Translations under genes and position numbers: made by a program | Assembly (NCBI GenBank): GCA_002633005.1 | Contig: NMRA01000032.1 | Coordinates: forward strand, 1,158,911-1,222,910 | Source of the DNA: Phoronis australis | Lineage: Eukaryota > Animalia > Phoronida | Direction: 5' to 3' | DNA length: 64,000 nt | Notes under the pieces: model-generated | What the model saw: the letters and a program-made list of their open reading frames with translations, nothing else | Databases searched by the model: none | Told to the model about the DNA's origin: nothing | Part shown: piece by piece, positions 37,674 to 52,600 of the stretch | Layout: each line of letters opens with the position of its first letter | Numbering within the stretch: position 1 is the first letter of the stretch

Positions 37674-40600
37674 TTAAGCAGACTTCAGGGCCTCGTAGAC
37701 AGCCCTTAACCAAATGGCCACAGCAGTGGCTCCAGCATCAGGTTCACTGGACCTCTGGACATCAACGTAACTGGCTCTTCCCGCTCGGCCCTGCATCCCG
37801 GCCGTTGACTGGGCACCTTTCTCTGCAGCCTGGAGTGGGAGAACAAACATATAATTATTTTAAAGATCCATTCAGCTGACTGAAAAAAGAAAATCAAACT
37901 GGGCATAAAACTCTCAGAAAATCAGTCTGCTAATACTTTCCTTCATATGTTAAAATTATATTTCCGTTACCAACTCTAGTCATATGCACCACTTTCAAAT
38001 TCGCAATTTAGAGTTGGCTAACCCTACTAAACTCTGAAGCATTTTCTCAAGTGGCGCAGCTTTAACAACCCCTCCGAAATGGACTTTATGGTTGACCACA
38101 TGGTTTTAACATTTCGCGTTAAATTGAAACCATCATGGTGCAATATGGTTGGCAAGCATGGTTGACCATGGTTGACTATGCTTCACAACCATAGTTATCG
38201 ACCACGGTTGGTTACCCACCATGGTTGACCATGCTTCACAACAATGCTATGAGACAACTTAATGCAAAATCTTAAAACCATGGTTGGCCATGGTTATCAA
38301 CCATGGTGTGAAACCATGATTGACCATGGTTAACGACAATCATTGAGCATGGTTAAATATCATGGCTGACCATGCGTACAAACCATGGGTGAACATGTTT
38401 GTTTATGGTAAACAATTGATTGACATGGTTATTAAGCATGGACAACCATGGTCATAAAGTCATGCTTATGAACTGACAGTCACAGATATGGCTAAAAGCC
38501 CACTATAAGCAAATTACCTGCTGAATTTCAAATGAAATGTCTCAAGATCGTCAAATTATTAGCAAGGTTTAACTCACTAAAGAGTCTCAATTTGGACTTG
38601 AAATATTGAAAACAAGTGTTCGCACTCTACATAATACTTATATTTCTTCATTTACATCTGGACACAAAGATAGGAACAACAACAAGAACAATTGACTCTT
38701 TGTAATGTAATGCAGCAAATCTAAACTTGAAAAANNNNNNNNNNNNNNNNNNNNNNNNNNNNNNNNNNNNNNNNNNNNNNNNNNNNNNNNNNNNNNNNNN
38801 NNNNNNNNNNNNNNNNNNNNNNNNNNNNNNNNNNNNNNNNNNNNNNNNNNNNNNNNNNNNNNNNNNNNNNNNNNNNNNNNNNNNNNNNNNNNNNNNNNNN
38901 NNNNNNNNNNNNNNNNNNNNNNNNNNNNNNNNNNNNNNNNNNNNNNNNNNNNNNNNNNNNNNNNNNNNNNNNNNNNNNNNNNNNNNNNNNNNNNNNNNNN
39001 NNNNNNNNNNNNNNNNNNNNNNNNNNNNNNNNNNNNNNNNNNNNNNNNNNNNNNNNNNNNNNNNNNNNNNNNNNNNNNNNNNNNNNNNNNNNNNNNNNNN
39101 NNNNNNNNNNNNNNNNNNNNNNNNNNNNNNNNNNNNNNNNNNNNNNNNNNNNNNNNNNNNNNACTGGGGGGGGGGGCGACCCATGTAAGAGTGTTATTGG
39201 CATTGGATAGGATTTTACCTATAATTCATTGTGAATATGACATATCGTACACTGATCACAGCCCCAGAGGCACCCAATGTAAAGTTCGAAATTGGGTCGA
39301 TGAAAATGTACCCTCTTTCACGATTATGGTATCAGAGTGATACTCGTTTTTCACAATTTTAATTGGGATAAGTATGATACGCTTTTTTCAGCTGCGTCTC
39401 TAGAACGTAATTTCAGTCCACTAAGGCAAGTTTTCCTCCTGCTGTCTGTCGTATACAGCTTTTAGCGCCTTAAAAATTTTTGACTCCAATTTCAAAACTT
39501 CTTTCTTTGGTGGATAACCCTTTACTTACTGACTCCAAATACGTCAGTCGCCACATCCGGCACAAAGAATTTTTGAAATAAAAAAAAAATAATTTTGGTC
39601 CCAAAAAGGACCCTTGCTAGGTGGGTCACTTCATGGGCCACTGCAACCTTAATTAGTGGGCTGATCAAGCTGAAACTTGGTGGCTGACTATTTGAAAGAT
39701 TGGCCTTGCAAATAAAAACAGAAACTTTAAAATCAAAGACAAAAAGTTTTTCGAGTGAAAAAAACCCTAAGCCTACAGTCCAGGATTTTTGGGGGCCAAA
39801 AAATTTTTTGTCTCCAATTTCAAAAATTCTTTTCAAACGGACATAGAGTGTTGAAAAACTAAAGCCCACGAAATTTGAGTTCGATTGGATCATTAATGAG
39901 GTGATGCGGCATGATCAAAGTTGAAAAATGTCATTTATAGACCCTTTTGCACATAAAAAAATTTTACCTCGGTTTCAAAACTTCTTTCTTTGGTGGATAG
40001 CCCTTTACTTACTGACTCCAAATACGTAAGTCGACACTTCCGGCGAGCCCTAATAAGCTAACAGCAGAGGATCAAAATTGGAAAATTGGGGAGTCTGTGA
40101 CTTTGACCTTAAACCTTGACCCCTAACCAGATAGGGGCCTACAAATACGACGCATTTGAAAACTTGCTCTTTACCATAATTCAAAAATGTCTCGCTTTGG
40201 TAGTCTTCAGGTCATTGGTCATGAGGATATGATTTCCCAAACTAAAGCTAATTTTGACACAACTTTTCTGATACTGTGATGGCGTTGGTCATTTTGGGGT
40301 CCCTCCCGGGTGCTTACTAAGGCCAAGAAAAGTATGACACTTACATTTCTAGAGAGGAGAGACAGGGGGCTATCAGGGTCAGAAAGAATTTTTGGGTGAG
40401 TCACTTGGTGGGCCACTGTGACCTTAATTAGTGGGCGATAAAGCTGAAACTTGGAGGCTGACTATTTGAAAGATTGGCCTTGAAAATAAAAACAGAAACT
40501 TTAAAATCAAAGACAAAAAGTTTTTCGAATGAAAAAAATCTAAGGCCACAGTCCTGGGTTTTTTAGGGGCAAAAATTTTTTATCTCCAACTTCAAAAATT

Positions 40601-43600
40601 GTTTTTCAGATGGACGTAGAGTGTTGAGAAACTAAAGCCTACCATTTCCTAAACGTCGAGAATTACTGGAGTTACATCAGCAGCGATTCAAAGCCATGTC
40701 TGGAGTGATTGACAATAGTCTGGCAAGATACCTGGATGAACAGATGTGGCGGGAATGGTACGCAAGTATAGCGGTGGACACATTTACCAACATCCTAATT
40801 CATCTGTCTCAGTTGCCACAACACCACACACAATGAGAATAGCCATGAAGAGAAAACTTCTGGAAGATGAAGGAGTTTCCATCCCTCCCAAAAATTGAAA
40901 CCAAAAAATAAATAAAAAACAAAAACAGGCCCTAAGCTGGGCCTTTAATATAAAAGTAATGAACCTCCCTCTGTTGCCACTCCCTGTATAATAAAGATGC
41001 CCACCGAGCTCATCTACAGTAGTGTAGCTAGAATTATCAGTGCCAGGGGGCAGAAAACGACAGTGTCCTCTCTGTCGCTACCAGTTTGAAGCCCAGCCCC
41101 TTTGCCATTCAACTGGTGCCCCTCCCGTCGCCACATATTTGATGCCCACCCCTGGTCGACACCTGTTTGCCTTCCAGGTCTGCCTGGGGCCCCTGCTTGG
41201 CTGTCGCACGCGCACAAGTGCCCCCCTGCCCCACTCTCGCTACGCCACTGCTCATGCATGTAGATGGTTTCTGTATTGCAGATCATGGCATGTAAAATGC
41301 GGCCAAGCGTATTTGGGCTTTGTTGTTTTGGGGTGGCAACTGATAGTTTTACTCGTTTTTTTTATTTGTCCAATTTTTTTCCTAACATGCCTACATTTTT
41401 CACTATTTCTGCCCCAAAACGGAGGGGGTGGGCAATTGCCCCCTGCCCCACAATACGCCTTTGAATGCAGCGCACATAAATTTTGTCTATGGGGTACCCT
41501 TACCTCTTTGGCCTTTTTCCAAATCCGTACCAACAACAATTAAATCACTTATTCATGCACATTCCGTATCATATATTCACCTCAAAATAATATGCACGTC
41601 TCTTTCAAATGTGTATGACTTAACGGGCACACATTCATATTTGTACGGTTAGTTCACACATTTTGATGCTAAGCGTCCTTGACATAGCACCTGAATTCCA
41701 ATGGCTTCCGTGAAGAAACGATAGATTTCTGCTCCGTAACGTATGTGAAGGTTGGCGTTGAATTTTTAGAAGGTAGAAGCTCGAATTGAAACAATTTTAG
41801 CATAGTAGCAAAGAGTGAACAATTACAAATCCATTGAGGTATATATCATCCATGTGTGACCCTTCTTGTGGAAGACACGAAGGATTGAATAGGGTCTGAA
41901 TAGGGACACTGAAACGATACTTTTACCCAGAGATGGATCATGCTTAATCTATCTAACCTCCACAGAATCAGTTTCAACTTCCTTTTTGCTTTTAAGACCA
42001 AAACTACTTATTCATGACTGAAATGTAGTGTTACTTAGCAGTCATATCAATAAACACACAATGTTGAAATCAAAACTTACCAGTTCAATTCTTCACAAAT
42101 CCAGAGTCCTTGCTCAACCAGAACCGTTGAAATTTGAAATCCCTGTGAAAGGCTTGTACGGTGGCCAGAAAGAGTCATCACTATTATAGTTTAATTATTT
42201 TTTATTTTTCCTTTTTCACCTAAGTAGAAATTATTTTCACCGGGGTGGAAATTATTTCAACCTAAGTGGAAATTATTTCAACCTAAGTGGAAATTATTTT
42301 CACCAGGGGGAAAATATTTTCACCACAGGGGAAAATATTTCCACCTAGTAGGTGGAAATTATTTTCACCAGGGGTGAACCTCTTGAAATGTTTATTTCAA
42401 ACATGTGTTAACAATTGGTTGTCAAGGTTACATTCCTGGAAAGTAAAATACCCAAGCCTACGGGAGGCCAGAAAGTATATCGCTATTTTAGTTAAATTAT
42501 TCCTCTATTTTTCCTTTTTCACCTACTAAGGTGGAAATTATCTTCCCCCGGTGGAGTAATTTCAACCTAGGTTGAAATAATTTCCACCCGAGTGAAAATA
42601 ATTTCCACCCGGATAAAAATAATTTCGACCTAGGTTGAAATAATTTCCACCCGGGTGAAGATAATTTCCACCTAGGTGAAAAAGGAAAAATAAAAAAGAA
42701 ATTAAAGTAAAATACCAATGATACTTTTGGGCCACCCTCGGCTAGGGTATTTCACTTTCCAGGAATGTAACCTTGCCAACCAATTGTTAACACATGTTTG
42801 AAATAAACATTTCAAGAGTTTCAGTTTGCTGATAACACTCTAAGGCAATTCAACATGTAGATGAGATAGCATAAAATAAATATTTGGAAAACCCTTAGGG
42901 CATTAACAGCTAGGAAGAAGATAATCAAAGCTTCAGTAACTACCAAATGATTTTGGACAATGCATGTGTAAAGATATTTTAAGAAATTTGTAGGTATAAC
43001 TTTCTGTATGTCAGTCTAACTAGTTACATGTTGATAATACACACACATTTGTTTAGATTTAGCATATAATTCAAACAGATCAAATATACTTCATGTGGTT
43101 TTTGATGTCAGCCCTGGAGTTCTGCGCCTTCTGCTGTCACGGGCATGGTCTGGGGTGGGGATTAATGCACCAGCATATCCCCAATGATCCTGTCCGTGAC
43201 AGGTATTACAGGTATTACAGGGTTGTTTTAGAACAATCACATTTAATGAATGTTACTGACTTTCTTATTCAGTTTAGGTGCTCCTGGCCACCTATCATAA
43301 TAATTCAATGACCACATTCATTGTTTGTATTTGACAAATCCAATTTTGGTCAACATTTTGCATTTCATTTAGTAGGGCCAGGCAAGACACACACTATTTG
43401 CTGTTACTCTCTGTTCAAGAGTGTCATCTTGTAAATAAGATCTGTTAGTTGGCATGCGGAATGATTCAGTCCTGGGGCAGAATTGTGAAGTGTAGTCCAT
43501 TTTTATTAACCCTTTCAAAGACAGTTTTCTATGTATTTATTTACAGTAAATCTCACAAATTTTGGACAAAATTAAGTTCCAAAATATGGCAAAAATATCT

Positions 43601-46600
43601 GTAAACATTATTTGGTGGCAGCTATGGTATCAAATTAACAAAATAATGATAAAACAATAATTTAGTGCTACTTAATTTTTAATTAAAAATAAAATTTTAC
43701 ATAGCTGCCATATTGTCTTGAATTGTGAGATTCAGTGTACGATTCCATCATTGAAAATTATTACTTAATAATATCATTTCATAGATTAGCATTCTGGTAT
43801 TTACATGTTCTTTAGCTAAAAATACTAAATATCACCTTTATCTTTCAGCTGGTATTTACTATGGAAGCGAAAGCACAAACTTTTCAAACACGTATTATGT
43901 AAAGGGGCTTGGCCAAAGCCGAGTGATCGAACCATGTTTTAAGTCAGTTATGCAGTTTGTAAGCATACTTGGTGGATACCATGGTTCATATTGCGAAGAA
44001 CCACGGTCATGGATGGTTGTTCGCCTAAATGGAAAATGTGACCATGGTTGATAGTTTTTAACCATGGTTGACCATGGTCAAAAACGTAGTCAACCATGGT
44101 TCTCCAACTCTAGAAAAAACAACCATGGTTGACAATGGTTTGACCACGGCCGACCATGGTCAAAAGCATGGTCAATTATGGTTGTCTGTTTCTAGAAAAG
44201 GCAAACATGGTTGATAATGGTTTGACCATGGTTGACTATGGTCAAAAGAATAGCCATGGTTGAATCATGGTTGACCGTGCACAACCATGCTTATACATGG
44301 TTAACCGCCGTAACATTTCGCAGGGGCATCCTCAAAACAACTGGTGGACTACATTATGAATCTGCAACTTACAATTTTTAACATCGGTCAAAATACATAA
44401 AAGCAATTTAAGTTATCTTTGAAGCATTCGTTCAGTCGTTTTTACATTTTTTGCTTTTTTTAGTAAAAACAATCCTCAAAATAAATCAAGTCATAACATC
44501 TATCAATAAAATATTTCAAAGAAAATAAGACAAATTGATCTGAGTGATCTTCATTTAACAAACAATTATCAAACTTTTGAAGTCACACATTGCGGTAATT
44601 CAGTCATCCCGAAGTTGTAAACTGGAATAGATCAAGCTAGCAGCAGTGAATCTCATTGTTAAAGAAATCAATGGATTCCGTTTAGTCCATGATTTAATAA
44701 TGTTTAATTAGAAACTTGCAGTGTCAACCAAAACCATAGTCTTCAAAGACAGCACTGCTGTTTAACCTCTATTTAACAGACAGCCTCAGTTTCAAAATGT
44801 GAGCTGTGAATGGAAACTATTAGGCCTTACCTCAACAGCTTGCAGTAGGGAATCTAGTGGGGTAGACGAGGGTAATGATTTTGACAACGTGTCTTGCACT
44901 GGGCACAGAGCATCCAACTGAAAAAATGTGAGGAAAAGTCAAGACAAATGTCCACAACACTCAGATGTATCTTTTCACCACAAAATCTGAACCCTTGCTT
45001 TCAAAACTACAACAGATATGTTAGGTCTTCTTAGACACAACTTCAGAATTGTTTCAAAGGAGCTCTATCAACACCACAACACACAACTGCAGACACCCTG
45101 TTTATGTTCTGGTTCTCTCGGGTCACTTCAACCTTGGGAATATGTCAGTAATTTTTCTGACTTTAAATCAATTCTGCTCATGCCAGTAATTCCGAAAAGG
45201 CTCCTCAACTCCCCATAAGCGTCTCTGTTGAAAAATCTACCATATTTAGGCAGAATCTATTACACTAATCTGTTTGCACAGCTTCAAAAATATTGAAAAC
45301 CAGAAAATATTAAATGAAGGCTAAACATTTTGTGAAATATGCAGCATAACAAATGAGATTTAAAATACCACCAAATTTGAAATCCTGGCCTTACAGAAAA
45401 ACAAACCTCAAATTTTACTGTCTTCCATTAAAGTAACACTGTCCATTAGAAAAGTGGTTTACTGAGATCAGCCGAAATGTGGAATCTTATTCACAACCTC
45501 AGAGATCACAGTGGCATCAGTGCTGTTTCAAAGAACTTCAACCTATAAATGGCAGTCTTTTAAGCGTGTTTAACTGGTTAAGTCACCAACCTTGGTCTCA
45601 CGGAATGTCTGACAAACAACGAGAATTGGCAATTGGATACAAAATCACAAAAACACAACGCATTTTGTTGCTTTATAGCCCAGATCAAAGCCGACAGCTT
45701 CAAGAAGTGTACCCCATCCAACATTAATGTCAATTTTGTTTTCAGATATAACATGGATAATTTCCCTTTAACCAAATGTAAGCAACAAGCTCGGTCTACA
45801 AAACGTCATCTTCCCCTAGCATTCACATCCAACGTGCAAACAAACTCCCTCACCATCCCAATAAGACAGGACAACCCCTAGCATACCCATCCAACGTGCA
45901 GACAAACTCCCTCACTATCCCAATAAAACAGGACAACCCCTAGCATACCCATCCAACGTGCAGACAAACTGCCTCACCATCCCAATCAGACAGGACAGTT
46001 TCCTTTCATCACTTACCACTGTTCTGTCCCCTGGCTCCGCTCCACCATATCTGTGAATGACGTAAGGTGATATTTGTTACTTTAAGACTGAACTGTAGTA
46101 AAGCAAACCCTTTCTTGGGTTTTCTACCCGACTTTATTGTAACCAAATCAACTAAGAAAGTGTGTAGAGCAATTGACTTGGGACTACTCGAATGGAAACG
46201 GCAAGCGAATGTTATACAGGAACGCTTTTAACTGTGCCCAGGTGTGAGTCTTGTGATGATACTCGATTGACGTGTTAGAGACATTGCCTCGATTCTCAGA
46301 CAAGCTCAATGTCATGTATTAGTTTGTAATTCTGGGAAAAGGTAGACTAAAAAGTGTTATCGATAAATAACATGAAAAGGCATTATGGGACAATAAGATA
46401 TAAGCTTACAGCTAGAATACAAATTAATTTAACTTGTACACAAAATTAAACATGAAACTGCAAACAAATTCACCCAACATCTGCAGACAATTGTTATCTG
46501 TTGATTGATAAATATCAGTATACATACATATGCAGAACAATCAGGATACATTTAGTAAACAAGAAACTTTTTGACAATCAAGGGTAGAGTTCATGAATTG

Positions 46601-49600
46601 TAGTGTTGAATTTCTTAAATATTTCTATCAATAATTGCTTACTTCACTTCAGAGACCCTGGTTTTCTGTGGTAATGCAAAACAGACGGAATTCATATACA
46701 GTCAAGTGACCTAATTATCGGACATTTTGGCACATTTTGCATTATATTTAATTGAAAATACTACGGATTGTTGTAAATTTTTTTCTGAAATAAAGACTTA
46801 CCCTCACGGAATTGTTCTGTTATTATATCTTGTCACTGAAAGCCACATTTATGTTCCGACTGATCTTTAAAAAACCCAACAAGCAAACCTTCGGAGAACA
46901 TAAATATCGGACACCATGTTCCCCATACGCCACACCGCGGAAAACTGACTAACCACGTAATGGCCGCGGGCACCTTGTAGCCAAATTTCAGCTCAAGTGT
47001 TTTGACATATATGCTGCTAGAACACAGGTCCATTCGCAACAAAATTATCCATAAAATGAAATCTGATGACGGCGCCAAGTCGTTTCGATGAATTAGTGCA
47101 GACGGCTAAAGCACGTGCAAACTCACTGCAGTTTTTAGTATCAGTTTGGCTTCTTGATATGACACCCGCACGTGCGCGGTCGGGGTTTGACTTGAGTTTA
47201 AAAACAAATGAAAAAATGGAACAGTGCCATATTTTCAGTTCAATGAGATGGTTTCATTGTGGAAAAAGATTTTGTTTTCAACTTTTATAACCGATTTATG
47301 CGATCATCCATTTTAGGCCAACTTGTAGGTCTAAATTGCACCCTCTCTCGTGAAATCAAAACGAGACAACGCTGTAAAAAACGAGACGGTGCCGGACATT
47401 GAATGCATTACAACGGAACAAAAATTGGTGTCATTTAATTCTCAGATTATGCTTCAAGTAAGATTCTATGAAATGTCCGATATTTAGGTTCCGTCCGATA
47501 ATTAGGTACACTATGTGTAGTCTGATTTCCTTCAAGGAATTTGAGTTTATGAATGGAATTGACATATTTCTGAAGTAAATGCACTAATTTTAATATTTAA
47601 TTATGTGACATCATCTCGCATGTGAGTTTCATAACCCTCAACACATATGGGATACAACCATGAAGCTGAGCTCCATGGAGTAAAATGAGTGCGTAGCTTT
47701 CATGGCCTGAAATCACGGCGTGTAGCAATTTATTGCTACAATGATAATGCAAAGTATTTCAGTGGAAAAGTAAGACAATTACCAATTATTTTTTTTACGT
47801 TTTATCACATTAATCATTTACAAAATGAAAAAATATGTTGGTTACAATGAACTTCTCTGTTTTTTGCAAACCGAAAATCAGGGTCTCTAGGTCAAAGCTA
47901 AACAATCACTACAAAACTTCATCCTTTTTTATTAACAACAGTTTTAACCAGTAAACAGGCAGATGTTCATTCACAAGGGCCCAAAAATGATGCAAGCAAA
48001 GTTAAATCTACGCATTAAAAAGTTCTTGGATGACCATCACTTAAAAAATCAGTCACCAAACTGCTAAGAGCTGCCATACTGCAGTATACCTAATGAAAAC
48101 AAAATGGCAGCACTGACTAAATACAAATGTGCTGACAGTAGTTCACGGTACATGTACCTCTGTATGGCGCTAGTGCCCGCCTGGAGAGCGTGTAGCCAAT
48201 ATATGGGAGACGTAGAATCGTGAAGAGGGTTGGCAGCTGCCGTTAGAAATAAGCTGTAGATCTGAAGCAAGAGAAAGAGGCCTCACAGAAATATTCAACT
48301 AATGTAAACAACTCTTTTGTAGCTATATGACGAAGAAGGTAAATCTGAAACTAATGATTGAGGTGATCCAAATCCTTTGAAGGATACTACTGTTTGAAAA
48401 ATGTAGAATATATATATGGAAATAAAACAACAATAATGGATCAACTGAAATTTTTGGATATAATCACATCCTTCGTCAACAGAAACAAAGGATGTAATTA
48501 TATCTGAAAATTTTACTCGATCCATTATTGTTGTTGTATTTACATTATAGGACGATCGCCGCACAAATATGCTATGTAATGTTAACTTCGTGATTATTTT
48601 TCAGGCAACACTTTGTAAAATTTTGAAACTGACCCATGTCTAGATCATATGACAGTGTAATCCTATGAATCTAGTTTGCATAGCACCAGAACTTGGGCAG
48701 CTAAAATTTTGTCTACATATTCAAGTACCAGCTTAGGCAAAACAAGAGAAAATTCACGATATCATTATTACTGGTTTTATTACTGTTAGCATAGTAATGT
48801 TAGTATTGTAGCAGGACATAAAGCATTACATAAGCAGATGACTCACACCACCAGATGTCCCACCCATCACATTCTCCACAATATTAGCCAATGAAATCAG
48901 CAGGTTGAATGGTTGTAACACTGGCAGAGTGGGTTTGTCCTCTGCACCAAGCTCCATCTGGATAGCTGAAAAAGAAAACAAAATGCACTGCAGTCAACTA
49001 TGAGGTGATTGGTTGAAAACATCCACCTAGATAATATTAGTTTTGCATTGCACTAACACACTAAATGTCAATTTTAGAAAAGACTACTTTGAAATAATTG
49101 GCGTTACAAAGAATGATGCAAAAGTTAGACATGGTTGAAATTAAATGATTCACATCTCATCAATAATTAGGTGGATTTATTTTATTAAAATTCTGCAATC
49201 TTGGTAACAAGAATTAATGTGCTTGTTTGACTTCAAAAAACATATTCGATAAGTATCTCAAACTATGCATTGACTAGAATCTGTTAATGCTGATCACCAC
49301 ACAATTCACCCAAGTCACTTAATCATCGTGTTCTTTGTTTAACCCCCTAGTCTCACCTGTTGCCCCAGCCTTCAGGGTACTACCACAGTCCCCATCCCCA
49401 CACTCGCGGTCCAACTGGTTCAGTAACTTTTCATTGTTAGTAAGGGCAGTGCAGGCAGAGTGCAGAGCCTTGAAGATGAGACAAGAGGTGGCTAGAAAGA
49501 GGCAAATATCACATTAAGAAGACATCCCAAATCAGAGATGAGGAAAAAAACAGTTACAATTTGAAAACCACCAAACTGCCACAGCAACATCAATGTTGGA

Positions 49601-52600
49601 TAAAGTAATCATTATAAACAACAGTTTTCAATGAAAACAAACATTTTTTCTTCCCCCCTCACAAACCCAAATGGCTTTCTAATCAACATCTCCCTTCTAG
49701 GAACGCGACTTTTTATCATAAGTTGTATTTTCTTCTCTTGGTATGATTTGCTTCCTCATGAACGACAGTACCTTTCATTCTCTAATTGTGGACAGAATTT
49801 GTTGAACACAAAGCAGTGTTCAATGTTAAGAATTTTCAATGATATTTGCCCAAGCTCTCTGTATCTTTGACAACCTTTCGCAGCGCCACAAAGCAGATGG
49901 CCTAAACACATAAAAACTGATGTTAAAAGGACAGCTATATTCCAAGACTGTACGTGTCTCATTATCAAGCAGAAATAAAATGTTGTCTGAACATTTCTGA
50001 ACCTTTGTCAACTGTAGCAGCATTATCGGACGTAGCTTTTAAATCGGCAACAGGCGGTATGTCCAGCGGTCCCAAAGACAATCGGTCAGAACTAGATACA
50101 GGTAAGTATGGGCGGGGCCAAGCAGGGGCATCGGTTGGAGCATCTGAAAAACATAAACAACTTCTGAAGCAGTCAGGACACAGAAAAAATTTAGTACATG
50201 CTAAATAATTTGTCGTGACCAGCACTCCACGATTCATTCAAATTTATCTTATCAGTATGTCGTATCGCGAAAACTTCATTAGTGTAAAATTTCACCAATT
50301 AGGAAATAGTATGGCAAAGAAGTAAAATTTCATTTTTCATAAAAGGTAGCACAAAAGAAATGCTTTATCATTTTTAATTGAGTTCTGTACCATTGCTGTC
50401 ACCAGCCAAAGTTTTGAGAAATTGTGGATGATCCCAACAATGTTAAACGCATTTAAAAATGAAAAAAAAAACAATTTTTTGCAATTATTTTTGTCCAAAA
50501 TTGACAACATTCTTCACACTATATTTGCGATTTGCACTTGATTTAACTAGTCAAAACTACTGTCATATATTTACATAGTTCTGAAAATGAGAAGATTAAT
50601 TCTGAATATTTTTTAATTATGGTACCCTATATCAGAAATAAAAAGTCTATGTTCAATCTTAATGTCATAAAATAACGAAATTACAATTTAATATCGTGAT
50701 TCACTTCATTCTCCAATTACTCGATCCTACCAAGACATCTTTTCCTCACGTCGTTCAACTGCATCACAGTTATAGACACACCCGCCATTTCCATCGACGT
50801 GATGAGAGGTCCACTGTAGCAGCGGTCAACAAACACACCCATGCTTTCTACAACAAAATAATGTCAGATATCACTTACGGTAAGACCTGCACAAGATATC
50901 TCGACTAAAAGTTCTGTACAAACAAAAGCCTTCTGACGAAATGACCCAAAAATTCCACATCATGGCACCGGCTGGGCAAAAGGCAAATCTCCACAGCAGC
51001 CTTCTCTCATGACCGAGTATGTGAGAGACTTAACAAGAACGTTACTAAGATGACTAAGTCATTCTGTGATTAGAATTTTACTGCCTTGCCCACCTTTTTT
51101 GCTGTTAACATAATTAGCCGTCATGACGCGAAAATGGAATTTTGTCCGATTATTTTGGTCTTATACTGTAAAAGCAGGTTACTAATTTGCAAACTGTTAG
51201 CAAAAAAAAATCAATGGACCATTTTTGCTGTTTCATGGACTGCAGCTGCGTAGGACTTCTGTTCTGTTATAGTTGCAGTGGGTAAATAAGACATTAAGTG
51301 TAAATTTCACATTTTGCATGTTTACAACTCACTGTTTTCTTGATTTACATGACATGTAGTTTTAACTCTAAATTTTCAGGCTTGGTTAGAAATGAATGCT
51401 ACATAAACTGAGATCCAACTTCTATTGGAACGCTCTTTTATGAAGACCTGTTTTGTTAAAATGTAAACTGAGGAAAACAATATTGCAAGTATTGCAGCAA
51501 CTGAATGTAAATATGAGAGTAAGCTACTTAAATGTTATACAATGTGAATCTTATTGTAACTAGTAAAGTTTGCTAGTAATGTACTCAATTATGAGAAATT
51601 TAATGTTATTGTAGACTTAAGCCAATAATTCAAACTCACAAACAAGCAGCAAAGAATGGAACGACCTACCAAAATAGCAGATGGCCTCTCTAGCTATGAT
51701 GTTCAGTTCCAGATAGGATGTACCCCCCAGGTTGTTAATGAACAATGCCACATGGTCCCCCTTCTGTACCCTGACGTGAGACGGGCTCTCGGTATTGGTC
51801 ATGTGACTAATCATGGCTGCCACAACTTCTTTGGCAGACATGACCTGGGGAAGTAAGATTACAGAATAAGTCAGGGCAAAATACCACACTACTGAAGCAA
51901 CAACTTAGACTACTATGTGTAAAAAATTAAATCCTTCATGAGTCATGAAGCTCTTCAGTACCGGTATCATGAGTAGATGTGCATGTTTCAACTCAGTCCC
52001 TCTGCATGGGACGCTTGTCCATCATAGGTTACTTTCCAGTCATGGCTGGCATTCAGTTTTACACAAGTTGGTTGGTGCAACATATATCAAGTACCTCGCT
52101 CAAGGACATGTAACTCCACAATGACACACAAGAGTAGAACTCGCGATTCTCATAGGAATGTAGCGTGTATCACTCAACTGAAACTCAACTGCCAATGCAT
52201 GGTTTCAATGTGACTTATTTATATTTTCCCCAAAACTATCAGTGTGCTGGTCAAAATTAATGAGCTTCTCAATTGGATAGTTTACCTTTGTACGTTTAAC
52301 GCCCGCCTCTCCATGAAGACCCAGACCAAGCTCCATCTCATCAGGTCCAAGCTGGAAGGAGGGCCCGTCTGAGCCAGGTAGGGTACATGGGGCCAAAGTC
52401 ACACCCATCGTGCCTGGAAAGCAATTAATGTACAAACCATATGAACCACTGTATCGCAATTTTTCTTTTTACCGGTTCTCTTTTAAATAATCTCCAATAT
52501 TTGAGATAAGAGGCAATATTATTGAAGATAAAAATCAATAAATCTAGTCACTACAACCACGTTCAACACTGTGGACTAAGAAATCATGATGCTATGACAA

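Larger units (their letters stand above)
38069..44326. mobile_element. ~6.3-kb composite non-autonomous TIR element (CACTA/CMC-like) in the last TKFC intron
   Basis: Ends CCCCTCCGAAATG (38069) and CATTTCGCAGGGG (44326), 12/13 inverted match; dense subterminal ACCATGGT(T) arrays at ~38090-38460 and ~43930-44305; flanks CAA / CAT. Confidence 0.65.

Noticed and set aside
38648-39203. Three long ORFs in the ORF track
   Set aside because: Artefacts of the N run.
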